A stretch of 64,000 nt of DNA from Clostridia bacterium (GCA_017625695.1 JAGAKI010000043.1:7378-71377); one strand, 5' to 3'; counted from the first letter of the stretch, positions 10,618-20,227 are shown. Notes: generated from the sequence alone by a model not told the origin. Numbers and translations are program-made.

Positions 10618-10687
10618 ACATAAAACTATGATACGATGATATTGGTTTTGTTTTCAAAAACCAATACCCGTAAAAAGAGGATTTCAA

Positions 10688-11473
10688 ATGAAAGAAGCAA
10701 TGGGGTTGGGCAATTCCCTTGCCCAACCACGTTCCCGAAAACCCAGGCATAAACCCAATAAGGTGTTGAAAACTGTAGTGCTGGTCAATCTGTTCTTAAT
10801 TGCGCTGATTGTGGCAGTCGGTCTTTTAACGCCTGCTTTCTATATCAAAGAAGTCACCGTAACGGGAACCCAGCATTTAACGCCCGCAAAAGTGATTGAT
10901 GCCGCAAATCTGCAGGTAGGAAAAAACATTTTCACATTCCGCAAACAAACAGTAGAAGACTCCATTTCCTCTCTTTCCTTCATCCAGAATGTCAATGTGA
11001 TACGGGAATATCCGGACAAGGTTTCCATTGTGATATCGGAATGTAGTCCCATGGCACAGGTGTTGTGTGGAGAATCCTTGTATATTGTCATTGATGAAAC
11101 CGGAAAAATCCTGGATACCACCAGCGAAAGTGCCAAATATGGTGTCCCGGTGATTGAAGGGGTATTTGTCGAACAGTTTGAAGTGGGAAACATCATCAGT
11201 ACCCGTCAGACAGATTCGTTTGAACAATTACTGTTGATTGCCAAAGAACTTTCAGAAAACAATATGATTGATATGGTGGCCAAGCTGTCATTGGAAGACA
11301 GCGAAATTTTTCTCACCTTCCAGAGCGGTATCCGATGTGATATCGGAAACGGAAACAATTCTTCCTATAAAATCCGATTTATCCGGGAAGTCATCAGTCA
11401 ACTCCCAGCAGGAAAAACAGGAACAGTAGAATTTATTGATGAATATAAGGCGGTGTTTAAAGAAGATGAATAA
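10688..11473 (+). CDS. ftsQ: Cell division protein FtsQ/DivIB (POTRA domain)
   Basis: Basic N-terminus, a single TM, then a POTRA-like block (YIKEVTVTGTQHLTPAKVIDAANLQVGKNIF). Its position before ftsZ is canonical. Confidence 0.75.
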   Translation: MKEAMGLGNSLAQPRSRKPRHKPNKVLKTVVLVNLFLIALIVAVGLLTPAFYIKEVTVTGTQHLTPAKVIDAANLQVGKNIFTFRKQTVEDSISSLSFIQNVNVIREYPDKVSIVISECSPMAQVLCGESLYIVIDETGKILDTTSESAKYGVPVIEGVFVEQFEVGNIISTRQTDSFEQLLLIAKELSENNMIDMVAKLSLEDSEIFLTFQSGIRCDIGNGNNSSYKIRFIREVISQLPAGKTGTVEFIDEYKAVFKEDE

Positions 11474-12194
11474 CAAATGGAAAGTACAAATTTCTGTAGG
11501 TCTCATCTGTATGATTTTGGGGTTTGCCATTACCATGCAGTTCCGCAGTGTGCAAAGAAACAACGGTGCCGGCACTATCAGCGGACTCCGTGCTGCAGAA
11601 ATCCAGAGTATGTATCAAAAAGAAAAAGAAAAAAACGAAGCACTGTATCTGGATTACGAACGTATTAAAAATGACTTGGACCAGTATAAGGATGCCATCA
11701 ACGACACCAACGCCACCACCAAGCTGTTAAAAGAACAACTGGATAATGCGGAAGTTCTGGCAGGGATGAAAGAAGTAGAAGGTCCCGGTGTTGTGGTAAA
11801 AATGAGTGACGGAACCAAAACGCCCTTGCCCGGAGAAGCGGAAAGCTTATACTGGCTTCACGATTCCGACCTGCTTCTGGTCATCAACGAATTGAAGGAT
11901 GCCGGTGCAGAAGCCATTTCCATCAACGGAGAACGTCTCACCTCTATTTCGGAAGTTCGTTGTGTGGGTTCTGTATTGAGTATCAATAACGTACGGACCG
12001 GTGCTCCCTTCATCATCAACGCCATCGGGGATTCCAAAACCCTGGAATCTGCCCTGCTCTTTAAAGGCGGTGTGGTTGCAGACATTGCAGCTTATTGCGA
12101 AGTGGATGTCAAGGTTTCCGACCACATTGTAGTTCCGGCATATAAAGGTGCCGTAAACTTCAAATACGCAACTCCCACCTCGGTGAAAAAATAA
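11466..12194 (+). CDS. DUF881 family division-associated protein (YlxW/YlxX-like)
   Basis: N-terminal TM, coiled coil, then the conserved block GPGVVVKMSD...LHDSDLLLVINELKDAGAEAISINGERL...NAIGD. The ATG at 11466 overlaps the ftsQ stop. Confidence 0.75.
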   Translation: MNNKWKVQISVGLICMILGFAITMQFRSVQRNNGAGTISGLRAAEIQSMYQKEKEKNEALYLDYERIKNDLDQYKDAINDTNATTKLLKEQLDNAEVLAGMKEVEGPGVVVKMSDGTKTPLPGEAESLYWLHDSDLLLVINELKDAGAEAISINGERLTSISEVRCVGSVLSINNVRTGAPFIINAIGDSKTLESALLFKGGVVADIAAYCEVDVKVSDHIVVPAYKGAVNFKYATPTSVKK

Positions 12195-12212
12195 CGAAAG
12201 GCGGTATCTTGT

Positions 12213-12599
12213 ATGCTGATTCCCATTTTAGGTCTTTTGATTGGTTGTCTGACGGCATTTTGGATTCCCTGGAATATCAATCCTGCCTATTCCGTATATG
12301 TGGCAATTGCAATTTTAGCTGCTTTGGATTCGGTATTGGGTGGAGTTTCTGCCAATCTGAACAAACGGTTTTCGATGATCATTTTCCTGTCCGGTTTTTT
12401 TGGCAATGCGCTTTTGGCGGCATTCATCATTTTTTTAGGAGAAAAACTGGGACTGGATTTGTATGTAGCGGTAGTTGTGGTATTCGGTACCCGACTGTTC
12501 CAGAATTTTGCAATTATCCGTCTGCACTATGTGGATAAACTGGACAAACGAAGCAAACAGCTTTCCATTGATGAAATTACCCCCAATCCGGAAGCATAA
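12213..12599 (+). CDS. sbp: Small basic protein Sbp (DUF1290), membrane protein of the ftsZ neighbourhood
   Basis: 128 aa with 3-4 TM segments and a basic C-terminus. The sequence and its position after DUF881 and before ftsZ match the Bacillus/Clostridium sbp arrangement. Confidence 0.7.
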   Translation: MLIPILGLLIGCLTAFWIPWNINPAYSVYVAIAILAALDSVLGGVSANLNKRFSMIIFLSGFFGNALLAAFIIFLGEKLGLDLYVAVVVVFGTRLFQNFAIIRLHYVDKLDKRSKQLSIDEITPNPEA

Positions 12600-12654
12600 A
12601 AGTGGCTTCCATCCCACAGTTTTTCAGAATTTTTCAGATTTTTTTAAAATTGAC

Positions 12655-12683
12655 TTGCTTTTTTCAAAAAACAATGATATAAT
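12655..12683 (+). promoter_or_regulatory. Sigma-A type promoter upstream of ftsZ
   Basis: TTGCTT (12655-12660), a 17-nt spacer, then TATAAT (12678-12683) preceded by TGa (extended -10). Confidence 0.4.
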
Positions 12684-12765
12684 ATTAGAATAAAATGTAT
12701 AATTGCGTGTATTTCTGCAAAAATCAGCAGAATTCAAGATAGAATTTGTCAGGAGGTATTTTGAT

Positions 12766-13890
12766 ATGGCATACCAGAACGAATTGGACTCCTTTGCAAA
12801 AATTAAAGTTGTGGGAGTCGGCGGCGCAGGCAACAATGCTGTAAACACCATGGTAGACCACAATATGGACAAGGTTGAATTTGTGGCAATCAACACCGAT
12901 AATCAGGCATTACATAATTCAAAAGCGCATACCAAATTAAGAATCGGTGAAAAAATCACCAAAGGTCTGGGTGCAGGTGCAAACCCCGAAATCGGTGAAA
13001 AATCCGCTGAAGAAAACAGAGAAGAAATTGCTCAGGCATTAAAGGGTGCCGATATGGTATTTATTGCTGCCGGTATGGGCGGCGGTACCGGTACCGGTGC
13101 TGCTCCTGTTGTAGCGTCCGTTGCCAAGGAAATGGGAATTTTGACTGTTGGTGTAGTTACCAAACCTTTTGCATTTGAAGGAATGAAACGTTCCAACGCT
13201 GCAAAAAAAGGGGTAGAAAATTTAAAAGAATTTGTGGATGCGTTAATCGTAATCCCCAACGATAAACTTTTGAGTTTAGTAGACAAAAGCACTACCTTAA
13301 AAGACTCCTTCCGCATTGCAGATGATGTATTGCGTCAGGGTGTTCAGGGTATTTCCGACGTTATCGTGGTTCCCGGGTTAATCAACTGTGACTTTGCCGA
13401 TGTTAAAACCATTATGAAAAACACCGGTTATGCACATATGGGTTCCGGCCATGCAAGCGGCGAAAACAAAGCAGAAGAAGCTGCAAGAGCAGCAATCTCC
13501 AGCCCGTTGCTTGAAACCTCTATCGACGGAGCAAAAGGTGTGCTGGTTAACATCACCGGCGGACCTAATATGTCCTTAATCGAAGCAAGCCAGGCAGCAT
13601 CTTTGGTACAGGAACACGTAGACCCGGATGCAAACCTGATTTTCGGTGCGGTTATCGACGAAAGTATGAAAGACGAAATCAAAGTTACGGTTATTGCAAC
13701 CGGCTTTGCTTCCAACGAAGTATTCCGTGATCATTTTAACATCCCCCACTTCGGAACCTCCAAACCGGAAGAAAAAAGAACTCAAGCAACAACTGCTGTG
13801 GAAACTCCTTCTTTTATGCAGACTCCTCAGACTTCTGAAAAGAGAGACGAAGCTTTGGATATTCCCGATTGGATCAGTGGCTTGAACTAA
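12766..13890 (+). CDS. ftsZ: Cell division GTPase FtsZ
   Basis: [15 protein letters not shown] and [11 protein letters not shown] tubulin signature motifs. AGGAGG lies 8 nt upstream of the ATG at 12766. The 21-codon upstream extension in the ORF track is unlikely to be translated. Confidence 0.95.
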   Translation: MAYQNELDSFAKIKVVGVGGAGNNAVNTMVDHNMDKVEFVAINTDNQALHNSKAHTKLRIGEKITKGLGAGANPEIGEKSAEENREEIAQALKGADMVFIAAGMGGGTGTGAAPVVASVAKEMGILTVGVVTKPFAFEGMKRSNAAKKGVENLKEFVDALIVIPNDKLLSLVDKSTTLKDSFRIADDVLRQGVQGISDVIVVPGLINCDFADVKTIMKNTGYAHMGSGHASGENKAEEAARAAISSPLLETSIDGAKGVLVNITGGPNMSLIEASQAASLVQEHVDPDANLIFGAVIDESMKDEIKVTVIATGFASNEVFRDHFNIPHFGTSKPEEKRTQATTAVETPSFMQTPQTSEKRDEALDIPDWISGLN

Positions 13891-13906
13891 TCCCCAAAAA
13901 CTCTAA

Positions 13907-13939
13907 AAGGACTGTAACGGTGTTACAGTCCTTTTTTGT
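13907..13939. terminator. Rho-independent terminator between convergent ftsZ and the 84-aa gene
   Basis: AAGGACTGTAAC-GGT-GTTACAGTCCTT stem followed by TTTTTTG. Confidence 0.7.
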
Positions 13940-13954
13940 TGCTCATATGCTTTT

Positions 13955-14209
13955 TTACAAATAGTTTTCCAGCGTTTCCAAAAGTGCAATCGGAAACACG
14001 GTTTCCTCTGCAAACAGACGGATAATCTCAGTCACCCGGAATTTACTTCCCTCTATAAATACACATTCTCGTTCTGTCACATTTGAACTTTTGCATACGA
14101 TCTCAATGCCGTATCCTTTGGTCTCTCGGTAAACCAGACGGTAATAAAGCCGATATCGTTGTTCACCGTATTGTACAATTTTTTTTGCCAAGGTGGTTAC
14201 TGTCACCAC
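13955..14209 (-). CDS. Small hypothetical protein (84 aa), possibly DUF6514-like
   Basis: GTG start preceded by GGAAGGGGA at 7 nt. The motif pattern YRLYYRLVY...GYGIEIV...VFPIALLETLENYL resembles small Clostridia-restricted proteins. The family assignment is from memory only. Confidence 0.45.
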   Translation of the reverse strand: MVTVTTLAKKIVQYGEQRYRLYYRLVYRETKGYGIEIVCKSSNVTERECVFIEGSKFRVTEIIRLFAEETVFPIALLETLENYL

Positions 14210-14468
14210 AACTTCATCCCCTTCCGATTTGCTCGAAAAAAGCAGTAAAAGTTCCCTTTTTCTTGAATTTTGTCATCCCGTTTTCTGTAACAAGGGAGTA
14301 AGCTTTTCTTTATTATAGCACGAAAAATTTGACGAATCAATCCAAAAAAAACAGCGTTTTCATACCAAAAATCCACTTTTTTCTACGAAAAAATACAAAA
14401 AACACTTGATTAATGATAACAAAGCAAAGTTAACTGTCATTTGCTGAGAGGATTTTCCGAAAAAAAAC

Positions 14469-14497
14469 TTGAATTTATAAGAAAATTAGTGTATAAT
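14469..14497 (+). promoter_or_regulatory. Sigma-A type promoter for the HAD-hflX-yigZ gene string
   Basis: TTGAAT (14469-14474), a 17-nt spacer, then TATAAT (14492-14497). Confidence 0.45.
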
Positions 14498-14540
14498 AAA
14501 TTATGTATGCACATTTTAACTCCCGAAAGGAATTACTCCT

Positions 14541-15359
14541 ATGAAATTTGACGGAATCATCTTAATTTCCGATATGGATGGAACGCTGTTAACGGAAGAA
14601 AAAACCATTTCCAGAGAAAATCTGGACGCAATCCGTTATTTCCGTGAAAACGGTGGAAAATTCACTGTAGCATCAGGAAGAGTGTATCAGTCTTTGGAAA
14701 GTTATTTTGATGAAATTGCCCCCGATCTTCCTGTGATTTCCCATAACGGCGGCATTATCAAAAATCCCATGACCAACGAATTGTTGTATGCAAAACTTCT
14801 TTCGGGAAATTATAAAGAAGTAATCAAAGAAATTCATAAAAAATTCCCCTGGCTGGGAATCGAAGGATTTACGCCGGACGAAATTCTATTTTTTACCGAT
14901 AATCCTTATGTCAGAAAACATATCAACGACGAAAAGATTTTCCCTGATAATCGAATCGAATGGCACTCATTGGAAGAAGAAACACCCCAATGGTGCAAAA
15001 TTCTGATGGCGGCAGAAACTGATGAAGTGGATATGCTGGAAACCACAATCCCGCCCCTCTATCCACAGTACAGCTTTGTACGAAGTGAAGCACATTATTT
15101 TGAGTTGTTACCCCACGGGGTACACAAAGGTTCCGCATTGACCGAATTATTAAAGCTCTTAAACATTTCTCCCGACAAGTGTTACGCTGTGGGAGATAAT
15201 ATGAACGATAAAGAAATGCTCGAAGCAGCAGGTTGCGGCATTGCCGTAAAAAATGCCAACCGGGGCTTAAAAGAAATGGCTGATGTGGTGTTACCTGTCA
15301 CTTGCGAGGAACACGCCATCAAAGCCGTAATTGAACTTTTGGATAAAGGAACGATATAA
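14541..15359 (+). CDS. Cof-type HAD-IIB family hydrolase (sugar phosphatase-like)
   Basis: ISDMDGTLL motif I, the VGDNMNDKEML motif, and a length of about 270 aa. Confidence 0.85.
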   Translation: MKFDGIILISDMDGTLLTEEKTISRENLDAIRYFRENGGKFTVASGRVYQSLESYFDEIAPDLPVISHNGGIIKNPMTNELLYAKLLSGNYKEVIKEIHKKFPWLGIEGFTPDEILFFTDNPYVRKHINDEKIFPDNRIEWHSLEEETPQWCKILMAAETDEVDMLETTIPPLYPQYSFVRSEAHYFELLPHGVHKGSALTELLKLLNISPDKCYAVGDNMNDKEMLEAAGCGIAVKNANRGLKEMADVVLPVTCEEHAIKAVIELLDKGTI

Positions 15360-16601
15360 ATGAATCCATTCACAGATAAAATCGAAAAGTGTATTGTATG
15401 CGGTGTATTTTTAGGAACAGGGAAACTGGAAGATTCTGACCCCGAGTCCTTAGAAGAATTAAAAGCTCTCTGTGAAGCATCCGGTGCCGAAGTCGTGGGC
15501 GAAATCACTCAGAACCGGGAAGCACCCGACACCCGTACCGTATTGGGAAAAGGAAAAATTGAAGAATTACGGAACGCCATTTTGGAACTGGATGCCAACC
15601 TGGTGGTATTCGACTGTGAGCTTTCCGGATCCCACACCCGAAATATTGAAGAAGAATTAAACGTCCGTGTCATTGACCGTTCCCGTTTGATTTTAGATAT
15701 TTTCGCTCTCAGAGCCACCACCCGGGAAGGGAAATGTCAGGTAGAGCTGGCACAGCTTTTGTATCATCTGCCCCGTCTTTCGGGGATTGGGACCTCCCTC
15801 TCCCGTTTGGGGGGCGGTATCGGCACCCGTGGTCCAGGGGAAACCCAGCTGGAAACTGACAAGCGTCACATCCGTGAACGAATTGCCAACTTACGCCGGG
15901 AACTGAAAGAAATTGAAAAAAACCGGGAAACTCAGCGAAAACAGCGTGCCAAAAACGAGGTGGTAAACGTCGCTCTGGTCGGTTACACCAACGCCGGAAA
16001 ATCCTCTTTGTTAAATGCTCTGACCGGTTCCGAACAGTATGTAGAAAACATGGTATTTGCCACTTTGGACCCCTTATCCAAAAAACTGACCTTAGCGGAT
16101 GATCGTTTGGCAGTTCTGACCGATACGGTTGGGTTTATCCGAAAACTTCCCCACCACTTGGTGGAAGCCTTCAAATCCACATTGGAAGTTTGTTGCGAAG
16201 CAGACTTACTCTTACATGTGATGGATGCCACCGATGAAAATCTGTCCATTCATAAAAAAACAGTAGAAAACCTGTTGAAAGATTTGGGTGCGGAAGCAAA
16301 GCCCATTCTTTCGGTATATAATAAGACTGACAGTTTAACCGAAGAATTTATTTCTGAAAAAGACAGCATTATGGTATCTGCCAAAACCGGCTACCATATT
16401 GAAGAATTGTTACAAAAAATCACCGAATTAACCCGTACTACCGAGGTGGAAAAGGTGATCCGGATTCCCTACGACAAATCTTACCTGGTATCCAGAATTC
16501 ATGACCAGTTGAAGGTATTGGATACCAAATATGAAAACGAATATCAAGAACTCACCGTTTACGGAAAAGAGGAGCTGATTGCCCAATATGAGCAGTTATA
16601 A
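15360..16601 (+). CDS. hflX: GTPase HflX
   Basis: HflX N-domain (QVELAQLLYHLPRL, GGGIGTRGPGETQLE) followed by G-domain motifs (GYTNAGKSSLLNALT, DTVGFI, NKTD). Confidence 0.9.
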   Translation: MNPFTDKIEKCIVCGVFLGTGKLEDSDPESLEELKALCEASGAEVVGEITQNREAPDTRTVLGKGKIEELRNAILELDANLVVFDCELSGSHTRNIEEELNVRVIDRSRLILDIFALRATTREGKCQVELAQLLYHLPRLSGIGTSLSRLGGGIGTRGPGETQLETDKRHIRERIANLRRELKEIEKNRETQRKQRAKNEVVNVALVGYTNAGKSSLLNALTGSEQYVENMVFATLDPLSKKLTLADDRLAVLTDTVGFIRKLPHHLVEAFKSTLEVCCEADLLLHVMDATDENLSIHKKTVENLLKDLGAEAKPILSVYNKTDSLTEEFISEKDSIMVSAKTGYHIEELLQKITELTRTTEVEKVIRIPYDKSYLVSRIHDQLKVLDTKYENEYQELTVYGKEELIAQYEQL

Positions 16602-17208
16602 AACCGTTTTAAAACCCAGCGAATGTGAAATCATTGAGAAAAAATCCCGTTTCATTTCGCTGACCTATCCCGTTACAACTGAAGAAGAAGCTCTCTCCCA
16701 TCTGGAAGCGGCACGAAAGAAATACTACGATGCTACCCATGTAGTGTTTGCCTACCGCATCCGGAACAATCAGATTCAACGGTTTTCTGACGACGGAGAA
16801 CCTCAGGGAACGGCTGGAGTTCCGGTTTTGGAAGTTCTTTCCAAAGGTGAAATCACCGATACGTTATCCATTGTAGTGCGGTATTTCGGAGGCACCTTAC
16901 TTGGTGCCGGCGGACTCATCCGTGCATATTCCAAGTCTGCCCACGAAGGTGTTTGCGCATCGGAAGTCATCACTATGGCAGAATGTGTGGAGTTTCAGAT
17001 TGAATGTCCCTACCATTTGTTCGGCACAGTGGAGCATATCTTAAGAAAACATGACTGTAGAAAAACCAATGTGGAGTACGCTGACCAGATTACCATGCAG
17101 TACTACATGGAAGAAAACAGCTACCAAAGATTACTTTCCGATTTAACCGAAACCACCAACGCCACCATTTCAGCGAAAGAAATCAACCGCAATTTCTATC
17201 AACTGTAA
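16588..17208 (+). CDS. yigZ: YigZ/IMPACT family protein (UPF0029)
   Basis: EKKSRFIS...DATHVVFAYRI...DDGEPQGTAGVPVLEVL...VVRYFGGTLLGAGGLIRAY. The ATG at 16588 is preferred over the TTG at 16579. Confidence 0.8.
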   Translation: MSSYKTVLKPSECEIIEKKSRFISLTYPVTTEEEALSHLEAARKKYYDATHVVFAYRIRNNQIQRFSDDGEPQGTAGVPVLEVLSKGEITDTLSIVVRYFGGTLLGAGGLIRAYSKSAHEGVCASEVITMAECVEFQIECPYHLFGTVEHILRKHDCRKTNVEYADQITMQYYMEENSYQRLLSDLTETTNATISAKEINRNFYQL

Positions 17209-17225
17209 AAAGGAGAGCTTTCTCT

Positions 17226-18500
17226 ATGTTATTTGAAAATATTACTATTTTAGATGAAAATTTAGAAGTCAGAGAACATCAATACGTATTAACCGAAGAA
17301 AACAAAATCACCTACATAGGAGATACCTGTCCCGAAACTGCCGAAGAACGATATCACGGAAAAAACAAGCTGTTAATGACCGGATTTTTTAATCTGCACT
17401 CTCATACTCCCATGACCTTTATGAGAGGCTACGGTGAAAACCTGTCTTTAGACGACTGGCTCAATAAAAAGATTTTCCCCTACGAAGATAAATTGACATC
17501 CGAAGATATTTACGTGGGTACTCTGCTTGGGATTGCGGAAATGCTCCGATTCGGGATTGTTTCCACCAGTGACATGTACTACTTCTGCGAAGATATGTTA
17601 AAAGCATTCTTAGAAGTGGGCGTAAAATGCAACTTAAGCCGGGGCATTACCTGTTTTTCCGATGCAAGCTATCACGATCTGCCCGCTTACGAAGAAAACA
17701 AAATCCTGGTAAGAGATTATCATAATAAAAACGACGGACAAATTAAAATTGATTTTTCCATTCACGGAGAATATACCAATACCGAACGTACTATTCAGGA
17801 AATCTCCGAACACGCAAAATCGGAAAACTTGCCTATCCATATTCATATTTCCGAAACCGAAAAAGAACATCGGGAATGTATGGCGCGTCACAACCAAATG
17901 ACTCCCATCGAATATTTCAATCATTTAGGTGTGTTGGATTCTCCTGTATTGGCGGCACATTGTGTCCATCTTTCCGGAGATGATTTTGCCATTATGAAAG
18001 AGAAAGGAGTATCTGTGGCAAGTTGCCCTGCCTCCAATCTGAAGCTCGCAAGTGGTATCTGCGACGTAAAAACCTTATTTGACTACGGCATCAACGTGGG
18101 AATTGGTACCGACAGCGTAGCAAGCAACAATTCCTTAAATATGATAGAAGAAATCAAACTCTTTGCCCTGCTTCAGAAAGTACGGGCAAACGACCCTGCA
18201 ATCATCACCCCCAAAGAAGCTGTTTATGCAGCAACGAAAGCAGGTGCAGTCGCTCAGGGACGTTTGGATTCCGGCTCCTTAAAAGTCGGAAACCGTGCTG
18301 ACCTGATTGTTCTGGATATGGATGCCCCCTACTGGAAGCCGGTGCATAATCTGACCAACAATCTGGTATATTCCGCATCCGGCACCGATGTCTGCCTTAC
18401 GATGGTAGACGGCAAGGTGTTATACAAAGACGGCAGCTACCCTACCTTAGACATAGAAAAGTTACACGCTGTACAGAAATTATCCCGGAAAGAAATTTAG
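17226..18500 (+). CDS. mtaD: Amidohydrolase, 5-methylthioadenosine/S-adenosylhomocysteine deaminase-like
   Basis: Metal-binding HSHTPMT motif, LDDWL, an HISETEKE block, a GTDS...SNN block, and RBS AAAGGAGA. Confidence 0.7.
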   Translation: MLFENITILDENLEVREHQYVLTEENKITYIGDTCPETAEERYHGKNKLLMTGFFNLHSHTPMTFMRGYGENLSLDDWLNKKIFPYEDKLTSEDIYVGTLLGIAEMLRFGIVSTSDMYYFCEDMLKAFLEVGVKCNLSRGITCFSDASYHDLPAYEENKILVRDYHNKNDGQIKIDFSIHGEYTNTERTIQEISEHAKSENLPIHIHISETEKEHRECMARHNQMTPIEYFNHLGVLDSPVLAAHCVHLSGDDFAIMKEKGVSVASCPASNLKLASGICDVKTLFDYGINVGIGTDSVASNNSLNMIEEIKLFALLQKVRANDPAIITPKEAVYAATKAGAVAQGRLDSGSLKVGNRADLIVLDMDAPYWKPVHNLTNNLVYSASGTDVCLTMVDGKVLYKDGSYPTLDIEKLHAVQKLSRKEI

Positions 18501-18504
18501 ATTT

Positions 18505-19194
18505 ATGAACTTAAAGTCCTTAAAAAAAGCATTTCCTTATACCATTCCCGTATTGCTTGGCTACTTATTTTTAGGTTCGGCCTTCGGTATCTTGTTAAGC
18601 AGCAAGGGATACGGACCTCTGTGGGCGCTGATTATGAGTGTCACGATGTATGCAGGAAGCGGTCAGTTTGTTGCCATCGGTTTTTTAACCTCTCCCTTCG
18701 ATCTGATTAACGCTTTTGTAGTAACTCTGATGGTAAATCTCCGTCATTTGTTTTATGGGTTGTCCTTGCTGGAACGATTCAAAGCAGCCGGCAAAAAACG
18801 GTTTTATATGATGTTTTCCCTGACTGATGAAACCTATTCTCTGCTTTGTGGAATTAAAGCGCCCAAAGAGGTAGATAAACACCAGTTCTACTGTTCCATT
18901 GGGTTTTTGGACCACATTTACTGGATTATCAGCTGTGTGTTGGGAAACATCATCGGCTCCACCATCCCTTTTAATGCAAAAGGAATTGATTTCGTGATGA
19001 CTGCCTTATTTATGGTCATTTTCTTAGACCAATGGAAAGATTCCAAAACCCATATCCCGCAGTTTGTGGGAATCGGTATATCGGTTCTTTGTCTGTTGCT
19101 GATAGGGGCTGAGAATTTCTTGCTCCCTGCTATGAGCCTGATTCTGATTTGTTCCGGAATCTTAAAACGGAGATTGGAGGCGAAATTGGCATGA
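18505..19194 (+). CDS. azlC: AzlC family branched-chain amino acid exporter subunit
   Basis: Polytopic membrane protein with the AzlC signature (MYAGSGQF, NLRHLFYGLSL, FSLTDETY), followed by azlD. Confidence 0.85.
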   Translation: MNLKSLKKAFPYTIPVLLGYLFLGSAFGILLSSKGYGPLWALIMSVTMYAGSGQFVAIGFLTSPFDLINAFVVTLMVNLRHLFYGLSLLERFKAAGKKRFYMMFSLTDETYSLLCGIKAPKEVDKHQFYCSIGFLDHIYWIISCVLGNIIGSTIPFNAKGIDFVMTALFMVIFLDQWKDSKTHIPQFVGIGISVLCLLLIGAENFLLPAMSLILICSGILKRRLEAKLA

Positions 19195-19523
19195 CGCTTC
19201 CGACTCACCAGGCATTACTCATTATTTTAGTATCGGCAATTGCCACCTTTTTAACCAGAGCATTGCCTTTTTTCCTGTTCCCGCCCCATAAAAAAACACC
19301 GACTTTCATTCTCTACTTAGGCAAAGTACTTCCCTTTGCCACCATCGGGATGCTGTTGGTGTATTGTTTAAAAGATGTTTCCATCCTAACGTGGTCGTAT
19401 GGACTTCCCGAAGCGATTTCTCTTCTGGCAATTACCGCTGTACATCTTTGGAAACGAAATATTTTACTGAGTGTGGGCGGCGGAACCCTGCTCTATATGT
19501 TTTTGGTGCAGGTAATCTTTTAA
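19191..19523 (+). CDS. azlD: AzlD family branched-chain amino acid exporter small subunit
   Basis: 110-aa hydrophobic protein. Its ATG at 19191 overlaps the azlC stop (ATGA). The longer ORF-track start at 19149 lies inside azlC. Confidence 0.8.
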   Translation: MTLPTHQALLIILVSAIATFLTRALPFFLFPPHKKTPTFILYLGKVLPFATIGMLLVYCLKDVSILTWSYGLPEAISLLAITAVHLWKRNILLSVGGGTLLYMFLVQVIF

Positions 19524-19551
19524 AAAAATTTACCCCCTAAGGAGAATCCCT

Positions 19552-19932
19552 ATGAGAATAAAAGAATCCGGAGAAAACTATTTGGAAACGATTTTGATTC
19601 TAAAACAGCAGTTGGGTTATGTCCGCAGTATTGACGTTGCCCATCATCTTGGTGTTTCTAAGCCCAGTGTATCAGTGGCAATGAAAATTCTTCGGGAAGA
19701 TGGCTACATTACAGTAGATGAAGCCGGAAACATCTCCCTGACCAAAAATGGTACCCAAATTGCCGACCGAATGTATGAACGACATCAGGTCATTGCAAAA
19801 GCCTTGATAGCACTTGGCGTTTCGGAAGAGACTGCTTTTTCCGACAGTTGTAAAATTGAGCACGACTTAAGTCAGGAAAGCTTTGAAAAAATCAAATATT
19901 TTTTAGAAAATTCACATAAAAAACCGGAATGA
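19552..19932 (+). CDS. DtxR/MntR family metal-dependent transcriptional regulator
   Basis: ESGENYLETILIL...VRSIDVAHHLGVSKPSVSVAMKILREDGYI winged-helix region plus a dimerisation helix (MYERHQVI...CKIEHDLS). RBS AAGGAGA. Confidence 0.8.
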   Translation: MRIKESGENYLETILILKQQLGYVRSIDVAHHLGVSKPSVSVAMKILREDGYITVDEAGNISLTKNGTQIADRMYERHQVIAKALIALGVSEETAFSDSCKIEHDLSQESFEKIKYFLENSHKKPE

Positions 19933-19956
19933 ATCATCAAAAAAGAAGGCAACAAA

Positions 19957-20115
19957 ATGAATCAAACAGCCAAAATCATCTGCTGTGCCTCGGGCGGCAT
20001 CCTGATTGGTTGCTTTGCGAACCAACTACACACAGGAAACACAGTGGCAATGTTTATCTTAGGAGTTGTCCTGTTAACAATCTCTGCTATCACAATTTCA
20101 AAAACAAACGAATGA
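19957..20115 (+). CDS. Possible 52-aa two-TM membrane peptide (below the ORF-track cutoff)
   Basis: ATG 19957 to TGA 20113-20115 translates to MNQTAKIICCASGGILIGCFANQLHTGNTVAMFILGVVLLTISAITISKTNE. GAAGG lies about 10 nt upstream. Two clear hydrophobic helices are visible. The overlapping 71-aa ORF in the track looks non-protein-like. Confidence 0.3.
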   Translation: MNQTAKIICCASGGILIGCFANQLHTGNTVAMFILGVVLLTISAITISKTNE

Positions 20116-20227
20116 ATCCATATTTCACCCGAGTATTTCATTGATCTTCAAACTGCTAAAAAGTCATTCAACTGCAGGCGTAATCAATAGATATATGATT
20201 GAAAATCGGAATATGACATAATAAAAA

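Noticed and set aside
10641-10665. AU-rich hairpin ATTGGTTTT-gttttca-AAAACCAAT after murA as a terminator
   Set aside because: The stem is all A-T/G-T-poor and no U-tract follows. ftsQ starts 23 nt later with its own RBS. It is probably not a functional terminator.
19929-20144. 71-aa + strand ORF after the DtxR-family gene
   Set aside because: It is rich in His/Arg/Asn/Cys, has no RBS and no hydrophobic core. The alternative 52-codon membrane-peptide frame is more plausible, though itself low confidence.
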